Source: Bacteroides sp. (GTDB lineage Bacteria; Bacteroidota; Bacteroidia; Bacteroidales; Bacteroidaceae). Taken from it: DNA of 64,000 bases. Position 1 is the stretch's first letter. The number at the start of each line of letters is the position of its first letter. The stretch spans positions 28,472 to 92,471 of the forward strand of contig DXLO01000001.1 in the NCBI GenBank assembly GCA_019414665.1. The letters are read 5' to 3'. The notes below the pieces were generated by a model. That model searched no databases and was not told the origin of the DNA. It worked only from the letters and a program-made list of their open reading frames with translations. Of this stretch, positions 60,603 to 64,000 are shown piece by piece. The position numbers and the translations under genes were made by a program.

Positions 60603-61639
60603 CCTTCTTTCTTATACCATGCAATGATTTCCTTTACTCCCTTGTCTAAAGGGTACTCAGGACGATATCCCAGTTCTTCCACCAAGGGTGAAATATCGCA
60701 TTGCCAATTACGTTGTTTCATTATTTTATATTTGTCAGCATTCAGCGTACTTACCTTTCCCAGGCAACGCGCTGAAAATTCAGCGAGCAAAGATACAACT
60801 TTTAAAATAAATAATGGGCATTTAATGTGTATAACCCACGGATTACCAAGTTCTTTTTGTATCAAATCAGAAAAAGTACGGCTGGAATAGACATTTCCGT
60901 CACTAACAAAATAGGCGCGCTGCCGCACTCCATGTTCTATTGCCAAATAAACAGCTTGTACCAAATCCCTCACATAAATAAAAGTAAGATCCTGTCTTTT
61001 AAAACCAGGAGCAAAGTCTATATGCTGCTTGATAGACTTCGCCATCAGAAAATAATCGCGTTCACGAGGACCATAAACTCCAGTAGGACGGAAAATCACT
61101 GTCGGAAAATCATTCAATGATTGCAGGTAATGTTCCGACTTTAGCTTACTGACCCCATATGCCGTATTGGGCATTGCCGTATCACGCTCACTGATGGGTG
61201 CATAATTATCTTCATGAATAGGACCGAAAATACTAAGTGAACTGATATAGACAAATTGCCGGGGAACCATGTCCAAGGTTCTCAAAGCTTCTACAAAATT
61301 ACGGGTATAGACATAATTGCCTTTGTCAAATTCGTCCTTATGGCGGCATTTAGTTACACCGGCACAATGAATGATATAATCCCATCCCCCATGCAATTGT
61401 TTATGAACAGCCAATTGCTCCGTCAATCTTCCGGGATGAGCAAAATCCAATTCGGCAAATTGAATGCGAGGATCTTTCAAATAGGTACGACTACTGCTTT
61501 TACGTACACCAGCCCATACCTGCATCTCTCTCTCCAATCCTCCTTCCACCAGGAAACTGCCAATAAATCCGCTTGCTCCGGTTACCAATACTTTCTTTAA
61601 GCAGCAAGTGTTCTTTTGTGCAAATTCTTCGTTATTCAT
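60593..61639 (-). CDS. Extended SDR, NAD-dependent epimerase/reductase
   Basis: TGASGFIG, HCAG, YGVSK, RPTGVYGP. Confidence 0.9.
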   Translation of the reverse strand: MNNEEFAQKNTCCLKKVLVTGASGFIGSFLVEGGLEREMQVWAGVRKSSSRTYLKDPRIQFAELDFAHPGRLTEQLAVHKQLHGGWDYIIHCAGVTKCRHKDEFDKGNYVYTRNFVEALRTLDMVPRQFVYISSLSIFGPIHEDNYAPISERDTAMPNTAYGVSKLKSEHYLQSLNDFPTVIFRPTGVYGPRERDYFLMAKSIKQHIDFAPGFKRQDLTFIYVRDLVQAVYLAIEHGVRQRAYFVSDGNVYSSRTFSDLIQKELGNPWVIHIKCPLFILKVVSLLAEFSARCLGKVSTLNADKYKIMKQRNWQCDISPLVEELGYRPEYPLDKGVKEIIAWYKKEGWL

Positions 61640-61649
61640 TCTTCGTATG

Positions 61650-62552
61650 TTATTTCACCGGTTCCACATGAATACCCACATGAGTATCCTCTCCAAACTT
61701 TTCTTTCAATCTATGTTCAATACCAGTTGCCGTCTCGTGCGCTTTATGCAGAGAAATGTTCCCATCCATGCGTATATGAATCTCTATAGCATAATTGTTT
61801 CCGATACGCCGCGTGCGTAAATGATGCGGTTCGCTGACTCCACCAAAAGATAACACAATTCCTTCTATCTCACGTTCCACACTATCCGACAAAGACTTTT
61901 CCAGCAATTCATCCAGGCAAGGAACCAGCAGCCTGATGGAAACCCGCATAATAAAGAAACTGACTGTCACAGCGGCAATAGGATCAAGTACCGCCCAATG
62001 AGGACCAAGTAAAATCGCTCCGCCAATACCGACAGCCGTACCAATGGATGATAATGCATCACTCCTATGATGCCACGCATTCGCCACAACAGCCTGTGAG
62101 TGGCATCTTTTCCCCACTCTGACTGTATATTGATAAAGTATTTCCTTCAACAGAATAGAAATAATGGCAGCAGCCAATGCCAACATTCCCGGTTGACGAA
62201 GTTCCCCACCTCGTAGGAAAACCAATATATCTGTTGCTCCATTCCACAATATTCCAAATCCTACCCCCAATAATGCCATACCAATGAAAGCAGTAGCCAA
62301 TGTTTCATATTTCCCATGACCATAATCATGGCTCTTGTCCACTGGTTTATTGGATATACGTACAAAAAGAATCACTACTACGTCCGTAATGAAGTCAGAT
62401 AGAGAATGAACTGCATCTGCCAACATAGCAGCACTATGCCCTGCAATTCCGGCAAGGAATTTAAAAATAACCAGCAAGAAATTAACGAAACTCCCCACTA
62501 ATGTAACTCTATAAATTTCTTTTTCCCTGATTTTCTTATCAAGTTCAGTCAT
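61650..62552 (-). CDS. Cation diffusion facilitator (FieF-like)
   Basis: ADAVHSLSD, HDYGHGKYE, HHRSD, HVEP; TATCTTTG promoter at 62573-62580. Confidence 0.92.
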   Translation of the reverse strand: MTELDKKIREKEIYRVTLVGSFVNFLLVIFKFLAGIAGHSAAMLADAVHSLSDFITDVVVILFVRISNKPVDKSHDYGHGKYETLATAFIGMALLGVGFGILWNGATDILVFLRGGELRQPGMLALAAAIISILLKEILYQYTVRVGKRCHSQAVVANAWHHRSDALSSIGTAVGIGGAILLGPHWAVLDPIAAVTVSFFIMRVSIRLLVPCLDELLEKSLSDSVEREIEGIVLSFGGVSEPHHLRTRRIGNNYAIEIHIRMDGNISLHKAHETATGIEHRLKEKFGEDTHVGIHVEPVK

Positions 62553-62682
62553 AACAATTGTTTTAGAACGGACAAAGATAGCACGTTTCATTTAGATTCA
62601 ACCAAATTTAATGTATCTATTGAACCGCTATTCCAATTATTTTGTTTACTTTGTAGCACATAATACATAAATATATCCCCTT

Positions 62683-64000
62683 ATGGCTAAAAAGAAAGAA
62701 AAAAAAGCAGGGAAACGCATGAAAAAAAGCGAAATGTCTGAACGACTGATAAGCTTATTCCACACAAAACCGAACGAAACATTCAGTCTGAAACAATTAT
62801 CAAGCAGTCTGAACCTTACTACACATCCTCTTAAAATGCTTTGTGCCGACATCATTACTGAAATGATTGAGGATGATTTTCTGCAAGAAGTAGAAAAAGG
62901 ACACTACAAGCTGAACGACCACGGCCTGATTATGACTGGCGTCTTTCAGCGTAAAAGCAACGGCAAGAACTCCTTCATCCCCGATGATGGTGGAGAAACC
63001 ATTTTCATAGCCGAACGTAATTCGGCACATGCCATGAATAATGACAAAGTAAAAATAGCCCTCTTTGCCAAACGTAAGAACCGGAACCCGGAAGGTGAAG
63101 TGATAGAGATTCTGGAACGTGCCAACGATACTTTTGTCGGCACACTGAAAGTAGAGAAATTCTACGCCTTTCTGCTGACCGAGAACCGCACTCTGGCAAA
63201 TGATATTTTTATCCCGAAAGATAAGCTGAAAGGTGGAAAGAATGGGGACAAAGCAGTCGTGAAAATTGTAGAATGGCCCGAAGAGGCAAAAAACCCGATA
63301 GGACAAGTCATTGATATTTTGGGAAAAGCAGGAGAAAACACAACTGAAATGCATGCCATTCTGGCCGAATTCGGCTTACCTTACGTATATCCCAAGAATG
63401 TAGAAACCGCTGCCGAAAAGATTCCGGCAGAGATTTCCGAGGCGGACTATGCAGAACGTGAAGATTTCCGCAATGTAACAACTTTCACCATTGACCCTAA
63501 AGATGCAAAGGACTTTGATGACGCGCTCTCCATCCGTCTCATCAAACCGGGACTATGGGAAGTAGGCGTACACATTGCCGATGTTACTCATTATGTAAAA
63601 GAAGGAGGCGTTATCGACAAAGAAGCTGAAAAACGCGCTACTTCCGTTTATCTGGTAGACCGTACCATCCCCATGCTGCCCGAACGGCTGTGTAACTTCA
63701 TCTGTTCCCTCCGCCCCGACGAAGAGAAACTGGCATTCTCCGTCATTTTCAATATGAATGAAAAGGGAGAGGTGAAAGACTCGCGCATCGTGCACACCAT
63801 TATAAAGAGCGACCGCCGTTTCACCTATGAGGAGGCGCAAAAAGTGATTGAAACGGGTGAAGGCGACTACAAAGAAGAAATTTTGGAACTGAACAAACTG
63901 GCACAAATCCTGCGTAAACAAAGATTGGTTGCCGGTGCTATTGACTTTGACCGCGTAGAAGTGAAATTTGAGATAGACGAAACCGGCAAACCGCTCAGTG
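62683..64000 (+). CDS. rnr: Ribonuclease R, 3'-truncated by window edge (absent from ORF track)
   Basis: Manual translation MAKKKEKKAGKRMKK...; RNB motif TFTIDPKDAKDFDDALS, VHIADV, TSVYL, PMLP. Confidence 0.95.
   Translation, partial: MAKKKEKKAGKRMKKSEMSERLISLFHTKPNETFSLKQLSSSLNLTTHPLKMLCADIITEMIEDDFLQEVEKGHYKLNDHGLIMTGVFQRKSNGKNSFIPDDGGETIFIAERNSAHAMNNDKVKIALFAKRKNRNPEGEVIEILERANDTFVGTLKVEKFYAFLLTENRTLANDIFIPKDKLKGGKNGDKAVVKIVEWPEEAKNPIGQVIDILGKAGENTTEMHAILAEFGLPYVYPKNVETAAEKIPAEISEADYAEREDFRNVTTFTIDPKDAKDFDDALSIRLIKPGLWEVGVHIADVTHYVKEGGVIDKEAEKRATSVYLVDRTIPMLPERLCNFICSLRPDEEKLAFSVIFNMNEKGEVKDSRIVHTIIKSDRRFTYEEAQKVIETGEGDYKEEILELNKLAQILRKQRLVAGAIDFDRVEVKFEIDETGKPLS

Noticed and set aside
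62646..63921. Several minus-strand ORFs in the track
   Set aside because: Shadows of rnr on the plus strand, which the track omits because it runs off the window.
1..64000. tRNA, rRNA, transposase, integrase, prophage or defence genes
   Set aside because: None recognised; nearly all long ORFs are explained by other families and intergenic gaps show no cloverleaf signatures by eye.

Overview
Chromosomal segment of a gut Bacteroidales organism. Gene content, gene order and TAnnTTTG promoters suggest Phocaeicola vulgatus/dorei, but this is inferred, not checked by alignment. From left to right: (1) the 3' part of a polysaccharide utilisation locus (SusC, SusD, two Ser-type sulfatases, GH29 fucosidase, GH36/Sip1 alpha-galactosidase); (2) core genes rnc-fabF-acpP and purN; (3) an ~11 kb accessory block between purN and pdxB, holding an ECF sigma factor without an anti-sigma gene divergent from an enzyme-less SusC/SusD pair, then an ECF-FecR-TonB receptor-DUF4249 operon followed by an unannotated 39-codon ORF and a REP-like hairpin; (4) an ~22 kb LPS/LOS core and modification locus (atypical GT9, LpxL-type acyltransferase, glf, several GT2/GT4/GT14, LPS kinase, MsbA-like ABC, two LTA-synthase-family transferases, GtrA/GtrB/ArnT-like trio) with an AT-rich cassette, a probable pseudogene and a palindromic 21-bp repeat element; (5) rnhA-argS, a second orphan SusC/SusD pair, a U32/TrhP-like gene divergent from dusB, a DUF2807 protein with an ECF-type promoter, a coupled SDR + AUR1-like PAP2 pair (possible sphingolipid module), a CDF transporter and the 5' part of rnr. 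I saw no tRNA, rRNA, transposase, integrase or CRISPR array. All family assignments come from motif recognition by eye; no searches were run.
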